A stretch of 64,000 nucleotides of DNA from an uncultured Chloroflexia bacterium (GCA_963811305.1 CAWEQU010000005.1:11314-75313); one strand, 5' to 3'; numbered from the stretch's first letter, positions 38,501 through 46,279 are shown. A program made the numbers and translations. The notes: a model not told the origin generated them from the letters alone.

Positions 38501-39080
38501 CCCGTGTGGTGGGCCGGGCGAGCCATGCGATGGCAATGCTAACCCCTACTTCCGCCCATACAACGACATAACCAGGGGGCAGATAGCCAAGATTGTCTCT
38601 AACTCGGCGGGCTTCGATGAAGACCCAGGGCCGCAGCTATATGAAGATGTGCCCCCGGGCAGCCCATTCTATGCCTGGATAAACCGCCTATCGATGAGGG
38701 GACACATGGGAGGCTATCCTTGCGGGCTAGTGCCGCAAGAGCCATGCATAGAGCCAGATAACAGGCCATACTTCCGGCCCACCAGCAGTGCCACACGTGG
38801 GCAGCTAGCCAAGATTGTATCGAACGCGGCAGGCATAGAGAGCGAGCCGCAAGGGCAGTTCTACACAGATGTGCCGGAAGACAATCCCTTCTACCTGTGG
38901 ATTATGCGCCTGACTGACCAGGGCGTGATGTCCGGCTACGAATGTGGCGGTCCAGGCGAGCCGTGCGACGATCAGAACAGGCCATACTTCCGACCCTTCG
39001 CCAACGTTACCAGGGCGCAAGCAAGTAAGATAGTAGCTAACACCTTCTATCCAGGCTGCCAGACGCCAAGTGTACGATAA
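35538..39080 (+). CDS. Surface protein: BNR/Asp-box (sialidase-like propeller) region + beta-sandwich region + 3 SLH domains
   Basis: ATG 35538 with AGGAGGG 8 nt upstream and a signal/anchor LILSAILLLLVATVAGLV. Asp-boxes STDNGDTY, STDGGDTF, STNHGQTW. Thr/Pro linkers. The C-terminal triple SLH is as in the two genes upstream. Confidence 0.8.
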   Translation: MPGSKNKSSRSRLILSAILLLLVATVAGLVSRLNTAPTAFGQGSSIIPITDKRGPNYPPGPPRDPGGLVFNVSTVVDAQRQVGEPDVVVSPIFTPGNPTSADIYASGPWGASTEQSYAWKSTDNGDTYHAIGRIRPDIGPGGGDTSTEVDDQNFLFMTDLEALTQVASARSTDGGDTFTRNSAVSDFVGIDRQWMALDNGLSPLPTDNTEFLTYRQAAAGSFMKSALTTDPTQTFINAQANFPAAMNSGAPCGDLIFDPHDRYLYLPCGSGQQVEVARAHVDPGQRTGLVFTSTLTPAGVGDVSNLFPVLATDTAGNVYVTYVDDADFNVYLTYSTNHGQTWSNRLRVNGDQANTALFPWVTAGSDGRVAIAYLATDRIGDPNSFPSFFNDRAGASTVKWHLYMNYVMGANTSNPTVYQVQASDHPTHYGQVCTAGTLCVATGGDRTMADFLTIQKDNTGAARIIYNDTTNQHHGASVFEVRQIGGPSLYGTTLSGTRPTNPVTDPANDAHYPHFCITVPGCPKPNYDALDIEGVGIIEDFANITVTMTISDLNATRILPGASSVIWLTRWQALAQGDGNPPDEAYRIFYAGAKSTGGGAPTFFYGTTTADDTSAVGCTPNSFPQNCKLLFYPQPVGGNTTGTFDPATGVIKITVPRNAFQGLTNGSTLYSVTGLTLGTRDTATDFYDDVDAAKAFNITLASGPSPTPTSSPTITTTPTHTATAVPTPCSPSTLLSEGFESGTYGVFTATTTLGTLPWVITNTLSSSGTYSAHVDNPNETSDQMMEMVSTVTVPAGATQAQLRFKHTFSFESPDFDGGVLEYTTNGTLWLNADALIIEGGYNGTITGAPSLAGQPGWVNQSAGYPAFRQVTVDLMSLLGQNVRFRFREASDVNGPAPGWWVDDVSILVSQGACPTTTAVSASPTPANTATRVPTVTLPTQTPGGPTATPEPPSPTATVCPLTFSDVQPDNIFYPFIRCLACRGIMSGYPCGGPGEPCDGNANPYFRPYNDITRGQIAKIVSNSAGFDEDPGPQLYEDVPPGSPFYAWINRLSMRGHMGGYPCGLVPQEPCIEPDNRPYFRPTSSATRGQLAKIVSNAAGIESEPQGQFYTDVPEDNPFYLWIMRLTDQGVMSGYECGGPGEPCDDQNRPYFRPFANVTRAQASKIVANTFYPGCQTPSVR

Positions 39081-39099
39081 GTTCGCCTATCTAACCCAT

Positions 39100-39255
39100 A
39101 GCGAGCATACTGACGCACTAACGACTCTTTGAAAATATATAAAATGAAGGTTCGGCTACGCCGAACCTTCATTTTATATATTTTCAAGCTCCCCTCCCCG
39201 TTGGAGTGAGTTTATGCATGGGCAAACGTGCATTTATAGTTCGGCCCGAACTAGG
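39100..39255. mobile_element. Degenerate copy (E4) of the element at 55584-55796, containing a perfect 26-bp-stem hairpin (39131-39185)
   Basis: agcgagcatactgacgcactaacgactctttgaaaa..hairpin..ttcaagctcccctccccgttggag..tgagtttatgcatggg aligns with the reverse complement of 55600-55780. The termini are degraded. Confidence 0.45.
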
Positions 39256-39393
39256 GCGAATAAGTGCGCCTAACAAAACCGCGGCGCAAGTAGGCGAGAA
39301 AGCAGGATGGTTGCGAGCCATGGGATCGAGTCGAAGGAGCGCCTAGCGCCTAGGGCGCCACCGGTTTCTCCGAAGGCGGTGACGGTGGACGCT

Positions 39394-39834
39394 TCAGAAG
39401 AGTTCCTCGGCCAGCGCGACGATGATGCCCGCAGGGCCTCGCATGTAGCAGAGTCTGTACATGTCCTCGTACTGGGCCACCTCGCCGACGAGTTCGGCGC
39501 CGCCCGCGCGCAGGCGAGCGACAGTGTCGTCGACGCTTTCGACTGTAAACATGACGCTCCGCAGGCCCAGCGTGTTCGGCGGTGCGATCGCCGGTTCGAT
39601 CTCGACCAGTTTTGGATTGCGAAACTTCGTCAGCTCAAGCCGCCCGTGCCCATCCGGGGTCCGCATCATAACGATGTCGACTTGGACACTTTCGAGCCCG
39701 TTGACGCGGTCCACCCACGGGCCCTCGACCGCCGCCTCGCCTTCGAGCGTCATGCCGAGCGCGGTGAAAAAAGCGATAGCGGCTGCAAGGTCGTCGACGA
39801 CGACGCTGACGTGGTCCAATCTCTTGATCGTCAT
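39394..39834 (-). CDS. VOC-family (glyoxalase/bleomycin-resistance/dioxygenase fold) protein
   Basis: MTIKRLDHVSVVVDDLAAAIAFFTALGMTLEGE.. 146 aa, in a locally GC-rich stretch. Confidence 0.8.
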   Translation of the reverse strand: MTIKRLDHVSVVVDDLAAAIAFFTALGMTLEGEAAVEGPWVDRVNGLESVQVDIVMMRTPDGHGRLELTKFRNPKLVEIEPAIAPPNTLGLRSVMFTVESVDDTVARLRAGGAELVGEVAQYEDMYRLCYMRGPAGIIVALAEELF

Positions 39835-40077
39835 GTCCCTAGTATAGCAGATATAGCAGAGGCCGTGCGCGGCGGTCCAGGGTCCAGGCCGACCGTTCTC
39901 GCGAGTTGGACGCGGTTAGCCGTCTTCAGCACGAACAGGATCCCCATCAGCGCCGCCCGGTCCCGACACCCGGGGCCGTCCGCCCTTGGGCTCCGGCGGC
40001 TCCGGCGGGAGCAGCGGCGCGATCCGCGCCCACAACGCATCAGGCAACAGTTCCTTCGCCATGGCACCCTCCTCCAT
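39835..40077 (-). pseudogene. Remnant of an IS5/IS4-group transposase N-terminus (DUF4096-like), frameshifted and truncated
   Basis: Hand translation gives MEEGAMAKELLPDALWARIAPLLPPEPPEPKGGRPRV in one frame, continuing as DRAALMGILFVLKTA.. in the ORF 39831..40067 frame. This resembles the LSD..W..I.PLLP...GRPR..DR..L.GIL.VL+TG pattern. No DDE domain follows. Confidence 0.5.
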
Positions 40078-40140
40078 GGCTCCTATTCTGCTTCCTCGGC
40101 TGCTTACGCGACGGTTTTGTTAGGCGTACTAAGTGCTGCA

Positions 40141-40149
40141 TGATATAAT
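40141..40149 (+). promoter_or_regulatory. Candidate extended -10 promoter element (TGATATAAT) for the 40174 gene
   Basis: tgatataat lies 25 nt upstream of the ATG, and an AGGAGGA RBS sits at 40161-40167. No good -35 was seen. Confidence 0.4.
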
Positions 40150-40173
40150 GCCACAAAAATAGGAGGAGAGACG

Positions 40174-40899
40174 ATGGGCAGCATCGGCAAAGATGTCAAA
40201 ATAACGTGGTACGGCCACGCTACCTTTCTAATCGAGACGCCGGGCGGCAAGCGCATTCTCATAGACCCCTGGGTGCAGAACAACCCTGCGTGCCCGGAGC
40301 GCCTCAAGAAGGTCGAGAAGCTTGACGCTATGCTCATAACGCACGGCCACTTCGACCACATCATGGACGCTATTCAAGTCGCAAAGGACGCATCACCAGA
40401 TACGGTCGTGGGCATATTCGAGATTTACACCTGGCTCGAAAAGAAGGGCGTGAAGGGTGGCATGGGGATGAACAAAGGGGGAACCGCGGACGTGGCGGGC
40501 ATACGCGTAACGATGCTCCACGCGGACCATTCCTGCGGCATCCAGGATGACGATGGCTCTATTATTTACGGCGGCGAGGCAGTAGGGTATTTGATGGAGA
40601 TGGAGAACGGCTTCAAAGTCTACCACTCAGGCGACACCGCCATCTTTGGCGACATGGGCCTCTACGGGGAGTTCTTCAAGCCGGACCTCGCTATATTACC
40701 CATAGGCGACCACTTCACGATGGACCCACGCCAGGCTGCCTATGCCTGCGAGATGTTGGGCGTAAAATGGGTCATCCCCAGCCACCACAGCACCTTCCCC
40801 CTCCTCACCGGCACCCCCGCCGGGCTGCGCGAAGAGCTAAAGAAGCGTGGCTGCGAGTGCGAAGTGCTAGAGCTGAAGCCGGGAGAAACGGCTGAGTAG
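40174..40899 (+). CDS. Metallo-beta-lactamase-fold hydrolase, UPF0173-like
   Basis: VKITWYGHATFLIETPGGKRILIDPW and LITHGHFDH (HxHxDH). Confidence 0.8.
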   Translation: MGSIGKDVKITWYGHATFLIETPGGKRILIDPWVQNNPACPERLKKVEKLDAMLITHGHFDHIMDAIQVAKDASPDTVVGIFEIYTWLEKKGVKGGMGMNKGGTADVAGIRVTMLHADHSCGIQDDDGSIIYGGEAVGYLMEMENGFKVYHSGDTAIFGDMGLYGEFFKPDLAILPIGDHFTMDPRQAAYACEMLGVKWVIPSHHSTFPLLTGTPAGLREELKKRGCECEVLELKPGETAE

Positions 40900-40978
40900 T
40901 TACGAGTTACGAGTTACGAGTTACGAGTTGATAGGGAAAACTCGTAACTCGTAACTCGTAACTCGTAACTCGTAACTA
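40897..40978. repeat. Heptamer hairpin (GTTACGA x4 / loop / TCGTAAC x5) spanning exactly stop codon to stop codon of convergent genes
   Basis: TAGttacgagttacgagttacgagttacgagtt gatagggaaa actcgtaactcgtaactcgtaactcgtaactcgtaaCTA. TAG 40897-99 ends the MBL gene and CTA 40976-78 is the stop of the DUF305 gene. Confidence 0.9.
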
Positions 40979-41614
40979 CTTCCACTCCTTCAGCCAGCCA
41001 TTCATCCTATCGATCTCTATCTGTTGAGTGGTGATAATATCGGTTGCCAGGTCGTGCAGGGGGGTGTGCTTGAGGTTGGGCATGGCGGCCTTCGACATGT
41101 CGATGGCGCTCTGGTGGTGAGGGATCATCGCGGTGATGAAGTCGCGGTCGAAGCTGGACGAAGCCTTCAGCTTCTCCAGGTCAACGTCCATACCCCCCAT
41201 CTGCATCCCGCCCATCCCTCCCGACTTATTAGGGTCGGGGGTGGCGGAGCCTGCAAGCTCCGTACGCCACATACCCATGCGCTTGATCTCATCCGCCTGG
41301 GCACGAATGATGTCATTTGCCAGGCCCTTTAGCTCCCCATGAGTGGCTTTCTCCTGGGCTATCTTCGCCATGTCCACAGCAAGCTGGTGGTGAGGCACCA
41401 TCATGTCAATATAGGTCACGTCATCGGGCACGTTATAGGCGACGGGCGTGGCCATACCTCCCATATGGTCCATGTCCGCTGTTGGCGCACCCGTAGGCTG
41501 GACGGCGACGGAGGTCGGGTGGGACACGGGATGGTCGGTGCTACCACCAAAATCGCACGCAGCCAGCGTGAAGGCAACCAGGACTAATGAGATAATACGC
41601 AACTTCTTCAACAA
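40976..41614 (-). CDS. DUF305 (ferritin-like, copper-resistance-associated) lipoprotein
   Basis: Lipobox FTLAAC. Two HH-containing repeats: MMVPHHQLAVDMAKIA and AMIPHHQSAIDMSKAA. Confidence 0.8.
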   Translation of the reverse strand: MLKKLRIISLVLVAFTLAACDFGGSTDHPVSHPTSVAVQPTGAPTADMDHMGGMATPVAYNVPDDVTYIDMMVPHHQLAVDMAKIAQEKATHGELKGLANDIIRAQADEIKRMGMWRTELAGSATPDPNKSGGMGGMQMGGMDVDLEKLKASSSFDRDFITAMIPHHQSAIDMSKAAMPNLKHTPLHDLATDIITTQQIEIDRMNGWLKEWK

Positions 41615-41641
41615 TACTTACTCCAATCTGAAAACTAGGTG

Positions 41642-41684
41642 TTCTCTGGTGAAAGATGTGCTAAGCACATCTTTCACCAGAGAA
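41642..41684 (-). terminator. 21-bp-stem hairpin after copA (terminator candidate), of the TTCTCTG(G)TGAAAG family
   Basis: ttctctggtgaaagatgtgct a agcacatctttcaccagagaa, 13 nt downstream of the copA stop, followed on the minus strand by ..agttttc. Confidence 0.55.
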
Positions 41685-41696
41685 CTAAAAAGAAAG

Positions 41697-44157
41697 CTAT
41701 GCCTTGCGGAGACGTAGCGAGTTCGTCACTACGAAGACTGAAGAGAGGCCCATCGCGCCTGCGGCGATCATCGGGTTCAGGAGGCCCACCGCCGCAAGAG
41801 GTATCCCCAGGCTATTGTAGATAAAGGCCCAGAAGAGGTTCCACCTGATAGTGCGGACCGTCTTGCGGCTCAGCTTTATCGCCTCCACGACCCCTTGCAG
41901 GTTGCCGCTCATCAGAGTGATGTCCGATGCGGCGATTGCCACGTCGGTACCGGTGCCTATAGCTATCCCCAGGTCGGCCTGAGCGAGCGCGGGAGCATCG
42001 TTGATGCCGTCCCCCACCATAGCCACGACCTTGCCCTCAGCCTGTAGCGTCTTCACCACGTTAGCCTTCTCCTGGGGCAAGACCTCGGCGTACACCTTGT
42101 CTATCCCTACCTGCGCGGCTATCGCCTGCCCCGTCCGCTTGTTATCACCCGTGACCATCGCCACCTCGACGCCCAGCGACTTGAGCGCGGCCACCGCCTG
42201 CGCCAACTCCGGCTTGAGGGTATCGGCCAAGGCCAGCACACCCACCAGGCTCTCCCCGGCGGATACCAGCATAGCAGTCTTTCCCGACTTCTCTAACTCC
42301 TCCATCGGGCCGAGACCCGCCTCGAAGCTGATACCTTCGGAGCCAAGCAAGGAAGGCTTTCCTACCAACACCCGCTGCCCATCTATCGTCGCGGATACGC
42401 CCTGGCCGGTGATGCTTTTGAAGCTTGTTACTTTCGGAGGTATGGCACCATTGGCAGCCTGTGCGATAGCGCGTCCCAGGGGGTGCTCGGACCCACTTTC
42501 GGCTGCGGCGGCGAGGCGTAAGGTCTCTTCCTTCGGGATGCCATTCAGAGGTATCACGTCGGTCAATGATGGCTTGCCCCGCGTGAGGGTGCCGGTCTTA
42601 TCGAGCAGCACAGTCATGACCTTGTTGGCCTGCTCTAGAGCAGAGCCACCCTTGATGAGCACGCCTTTCTCCGCACCGCGCCCCGTCCCGACCATGATAG
42701 CTGTCGGTGTAGCGAGGCCCATCGCGCAGGGGCAGGCTATCACCAGCACCGCGACGGCGTTGAGCATAGCCTGCTCGATATGCCCCGTGAATACCCACCA
42801 CAAGCCAAAGGTCACGAGGGCTATGCCGATTACCACGGGCACGAATACTCCTGCCACGCGGTCAACGAGCGCCTGGATGGGAGCCTTCGACCCCTGCGCG
42901 TCCTCCACCATCTTCACGATCTGGGCGAGCACTGTCTGCCGCCCGACGCGAGTAGCGCGGAAGCGTAAGAGACCCTGTCCGTTGATTGTCGCGCCGATAA
43001 CCTGGAGGCCAGGGCGCTTCTCCACAGGGAGGCTCTCGCCCGTCAGCATCGACTCGTCCACCGACAAGTCCCCTTCGACCACCATGCCATCTACAGGTAT
43101 CTTCTCGCCGGGGCGCACTAAGAGCAGATCGCCAGGCAAGACCAAGTCGGCGGGTATCTGCGCCTCTATCCCATTTCGCAAGACTGTAGCGGTGCGCGGC
43201 TGGAGCTTCACAAGCTCGCGTATCGCCTCGGAGGTACGGCCCCTTGCGCGAGCCTCTAGGAACCGCCCCAGAACCACCAGGGTGATGATAACCGCCACCA
43301 CCTCGAAGTAGGTTTCGGCCATCTCGCCGTGCGCAATGAGCGAGTAGATTGAGTAGACTACGGCAGCAGTAGTGCCAGAGACTCACCAGCGTGTTCATGT
43401 CGGCGGTAAAGTGGAGCAGGTTTTTGAGAGCCACGCGATGGAACTGCCACCCCACGATAACCCATACCGGCAGCGACAGCGCCATCACGATATACTGCGC
43501 GTTGGGCACGACGCTCATAAAGAACATGCCTATAACGGCTACGGGTATCGATAGGGCTGCACTCAGCATCAGCAGATTGCGCTGGCGGTTGAACTCTGCG
43601 CGGCGAGTGGCACGCTCCCGGTCCTCTCGGTCGTCCATGCCCGCCGCAAGCCCCTCATCGGCACGCGGCGAGGCACCGTAGCCTGCCTTATCGACCGCAG
43701 CCAGCATCTCTGCGATACCTGCCTGCATGGGGTCATACTGCACGGTGGCGCGCTCAGTCGCCAGGTTTACCGAGGCATCCTTGACGCCCGGAACCTTCTT
43801 GAGAGCGCGCTCGACCCTTGCCACACACGATGCACAGGTCATGCCGGTCACGTCCAGGCTCACATCAGCATCGTCGTATAGAGGCGCGGCCTGAGTCTGC
43901 TCAGGCGTGGCACTGTATCCCAGGTCGGACACCTTCCGTACCATGTCGTCCACCGACACCTGCCCAGGAGCGTATTGCACGATAGCCCGCTCAGTTGCCA
44001 GGTTGACGGAAGCGTCAGCGACACCGGGCAACTTCTTCAGCCCCCGCTCAATCCGCGCCACGCACGATGCGCAGGTCATCCCCTGCACCGCCAGGACTGC
44101 CTCGGCGGGATCAGACGCTTGCGCGTTTGCTTCTTCACTTTTCAAATCAATAACCAT
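41697..44157 (-). pseudogene. copA: Copper-translocating P1B-type ATPase with two N-terminal HMA domains, frameshifted at ~43377 (or sequencing error)
   Basis: Two GMTCASCV HMA motifs. After ..ADMNTLVSL the 431-aa ORF derails into Arg/Gly junk. A one-nt shift gives [25 protein letters not shown].., joining ORF 41697..43322 (CPC motif [29 protein letters not shown]). Confidence 0.85.
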
Positions 44158-44229
44158 TTTCTTGCCTCAGTTCTAAATCAAGAGTGATAGGGAGATGCAA
44201 GGCTCGCATACCGAAGCACATCTCGCCAT

Positions 44230-44308
44230 GTCATTCCGAACGAAGTGAGGAATCTCCATGCTCACCAGGTGGATAGATTTCTAAATTCCTCACTCCGTTC
44301 GGAATGAC
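44230..44308. repeat. Palindromic element, family P copy 4, between the DUF4396 gene and copA
   Basis: gtcattccgaacgaagtgaggaat..ctccatgctcaccaggtggatagatttctaa..attcctcactccgttcggaatgac. One arm mismatch. The right flank is shared with copy 1. Confidence 0.75.
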
Positions 44309-44362
44309 ACTCTTTTTACATTCGTTGTTAAATACGCTCTTAGTGTTTCTACTTCTACCATC

Positions 44363-44848
44363 TCAATGATGGGCAGTACCGTGATGGCTGTGCATGACGG
44401 CGTGCCCTCGCCCGCGCCGGATAAGCCACAGGTTGAGTGGAAAAGTCGCCGCGAACGCGACAACAAGTGCGAAGGCGAGGCTACCCCAGAACAGGGGATC
44501 CGCCAGGCCTGCATCCATCGCGCCTGGGATGGCCAGGATGATGGCGTTATCAACAATCTCCATTACCACAATAGAAAGCGTATCTGCCGCTAATGCCAAC
44601 CTTACCGCTTGCGCTATCCCCATACCACCCGCCAACAAGGGACGAAGTGTAAGGCCATATCCGAATACGAAAGCTAACACAATAGCAAGCAATATTGCCG
44701 GTACGTCCGACCAGCCCAGGGCAGTAGCGATCACCAGCCCCAGGACCTCGCCTATTCCACAGCCGGTAAGGCAGTGTAGCGTCGCGCTGAAGGCAAGCCT
44801 GGCGAAAGATGGCTGACTGGCGTGCTCTGTATGCATATCACCCTTCAT
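44363..44848 (-). CDS. DUF4396 membrane protein (Cys-rich TM motif)
   Basis: FSATLHCLTGCGIGEVLGLVIA and four TM helices. 11-nt overlap with csoR. Confidence 0.7.
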   Translation of the reverse strand: MKGDMHTEHASQPSFARLAFSATLHCLTGCGIGEVLGLVIATALGWSDVPAILLAIVLAFVFGYGLTLRPLLAGGMGIAQAVRLALAADTLSIVVMEIVDNAIILAIPGAMDAGLADPLFWGSLAFALVVAFAATFPLNLWLIRRGRGHAVMHSHHGTAHH

Positions 44849-45125
44849 CGATTGCCGATGACGCGGGCTTCAACTCGTACAGCGACATTAGCTCCGCCAC
44901 GATGCGGTCCGTAGCACCCTCAGCGATACCCTGCGGCACGCAGTTACGTAGATGCCCTTCGAGCAGTCTCGCTTCGAGCTTCTCTATCGCCCTGCGTATC
45001 GCGTAGGTCTGCCGGAGTATATCCACGCAGTACTGCCCCTCCGACACCATGCGCTTCACGCCGCTCACATGCCCCTCTATGTAATTGAGGCGCTTTAAAG
45101 CGTCCACTTTCGTTGTATCTTCCAT
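44838..45125 (-). CDS. csoR: CsoR/RcnR-family metal-sensing transcriptional repressor
   Basis: LKRLNYIEGHVSGVKRMVSEGQYCVDILRQTYAIRRAIEKLEARLLEGHLRNCV carries the C-H-C ligand pattern. 95 aa. Confidence 0.85.
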   Translation of the reverse strand: MEDTTKVDALKRLNYIEGHVSGVKRMVSEGQYCVDILRQTYAIRRAIEKLEARLLEGHLRNCVPQGIAEGATDRIVAELMSLYELKPASSAIDEG

Positions 45126-45141
45126 ATATTATCTCCTACTT

Positions 45142-45204
45142 ATACCCCTACCGGGGGGGTATGGGTTCTACCCTTATTATACGCCTCTCAACAAGCTCTG
45201 TCAA
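45142..45204 (-). promoter_or_regulatory. csoR-operon promoter (consensus -35/-10) with a CsoR-type operator
   Basis: On the minus strand: TTGACA (45204-45199), 17 nt, TATAAT (45181-45176). Then the GC-rich inverted repeat ATACCCCCCCGGTAGGGGTAT (45162-45142) lies between the -10 and the RBS, resembling known CsoR boxes (TACCC..GGGTA). Confidence 0.6.
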
Positions 45205-45237
45205 GCATAGGCTGTGTGTACTTTGTGAGAGAAAAGC

Positions 45238-45290
45238 TTTCTCTGTGAAAAGTCGTGGGCGCGAAGCGCCCACGACTTTTCACAGAGAAA
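45238..45290. repeat. Perfect 25-bp-stem hairpin (TTCTCTGTGAAAAG family) in a divergent promoter region
   Basis: tttctctgtgaaaagtcgtgggcgc gaa gcgcccacgacttttcacagagaaa. The outer 14 nt resemble the 41642 hairpin while the inner stem is different but still paired. Confidence 0.75.
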
Positions 45291-45376
45291 TAATACTTCA
45301 GACTACTCTGGAGTGTTTGACAAACAAGAGAAGGTTGGGTTACAGTCTGTGCGTGAGGACACGTATAGCGGGAGGT

Positions 45377-46279
45377 ATGGCACTGCTGAAATCGAGGCGG
45401 CTTGGGCGGATGCTCCAGGTAGTGGTCGCGCTCGTGATACTTGCTTTCTTCGGCGTCGCGCTCTACGGCTTGCTGCCGCAGATACTCTCCTACAGTTGGG
45501 AGTTCGACCTTGTGTACCTTGCCCTCGCACTCCTGCTCATAGTGGTCAGAGGGCCTCTCGGCTCGCACGGGTGGTGGGCCATCATGCGCCAGTTAGGTTA
45601 CACCCTCCCCTGGTGGCGCAGCCTGCGCATTGTCTACTACTCCACGCTCGCCGGCTACCTACCTGGGGGGATGTGGCACGCGGTCAGCCGCGTATACCTG
45701 GCTGAGAAAGAGAGGGTACCACGCGTCATCACAGCCTTGAGCGTGGTGATAGAGTCGGCACTGGTGGCTATGGGCGCGGCACTCATTGCGCCGATGGCAG
45801 CGCTGGCCTGGGGCGATTTTCCGGCGTGGCTCGTGGTGGGCACTCTCGCGGTGCTCGTAGGCTTCATGCTACAGCCAAACGTCCTCTTCCGTATGCTCGA
45901 TTGGGTGCTCATCAGGTTCAAGCGCGAGCCTGTCAACGTGAAGATGACCCCTCTCGATATGCTGCGCCTCCTGTGGCCTTACGCTCTCAACTGGCTCCTA
46001 TTCGGCATCATGTCCTTCGCGCTGGTAGCGGCAATCTACCCGCGCATACCCATCTGGCAAGCGCCCGCCATAGCCGGGGTCTTCACGTCGGCCTGGCTCA
46101 TCGGCTACCTGGCGGTGTTCGTGCCGCAGGGCCTGGTAGTGCGCGAGGCCGTTATAGTTGGTTTCCTGACCGGCGCGCTTGGTCTGCCCGTGCCGGTAGC
46201 AGCGGCGTCAGCACTTCTCTCCCGCCTCTGGTCAATGCTCGGCGTAGCTATATGGGGCGCGGTCTCCACACGACTCTGA
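45377..46279 (+). CDS. UPF0104 / lysyl-PG-synthase-TM-domain-like (flippase-like) membrane protein
   Basis: The start at ATG 45377 gives 300 aa with ~8 TM helices; the longer ORF-track start reads through the hairpin repeat. The family call is tentative. Confidence 0.55.
   Translation: MALLKSRRLGRMLQVVVALVILAFFGVALYGLLPQILSYSWEFDLVYLALALLLIVVRGPLGSHGWWAIMRQLGYTLPWWRSLRIVYYSTLAGYLPGGMWHAVSRVYLAEKERVPRVITALSVVIESALVAMGAALIAPMAALAWGDFPAWLVVGTLAVLVGFMLQPNVLFRMLDWVLIRFKREPVNVKMTPLDMLRLLWPYALNWLLFGIMSFALVAAIYPRIPIWQAPAIAGVFTSAWLIGYLAVFVPQGLVVREAVIVGFLTGALGLPVPVAAASALLSRLWSMLGVAIWGAVSTRL

Noticed and set aside
39307-40143. 278-aa plus-strand ORF, one of the longest unassigned ORFs in the track
   Set aside because: It is antisense to the well-supported VOC gene and the transposase stub. 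Its Arg/Ala/Pro-rich composition is typical of a shadow frame in GC-rich DNA, and no motif was recognised.
42001-43311. 436-aa plus-strand ORF
   Set aside because: It is exactly antisense to copA. It is a Ser/Thr/Pro/Ala-rich shadow ORF, whereas copA on the other strand has all the P-type ATPase motifs.
42862-43376. C-terminal 170 residues of the 431-aa ORF (Arg/Gly/Pro-rich)
   Set aside because: This is out-of-frame read-through after the copA frameshift. The real continuation ([11 protein letters not shown]..) is in the frame of ORF 41697..43322.
43370-43385. Programmed ribosomal frameshift in copA (as described for E. coli copA)
   Set aside because: The E. coli event occurs after the first metal-binding domain at a slippery heptamer. 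Here the shift lies after two HMA domains and the first membrane helices, in GTGAGTCTCTGGCAC, with no slippery motif. Together with about nine other indels in the window, an error or mutation is more likely.
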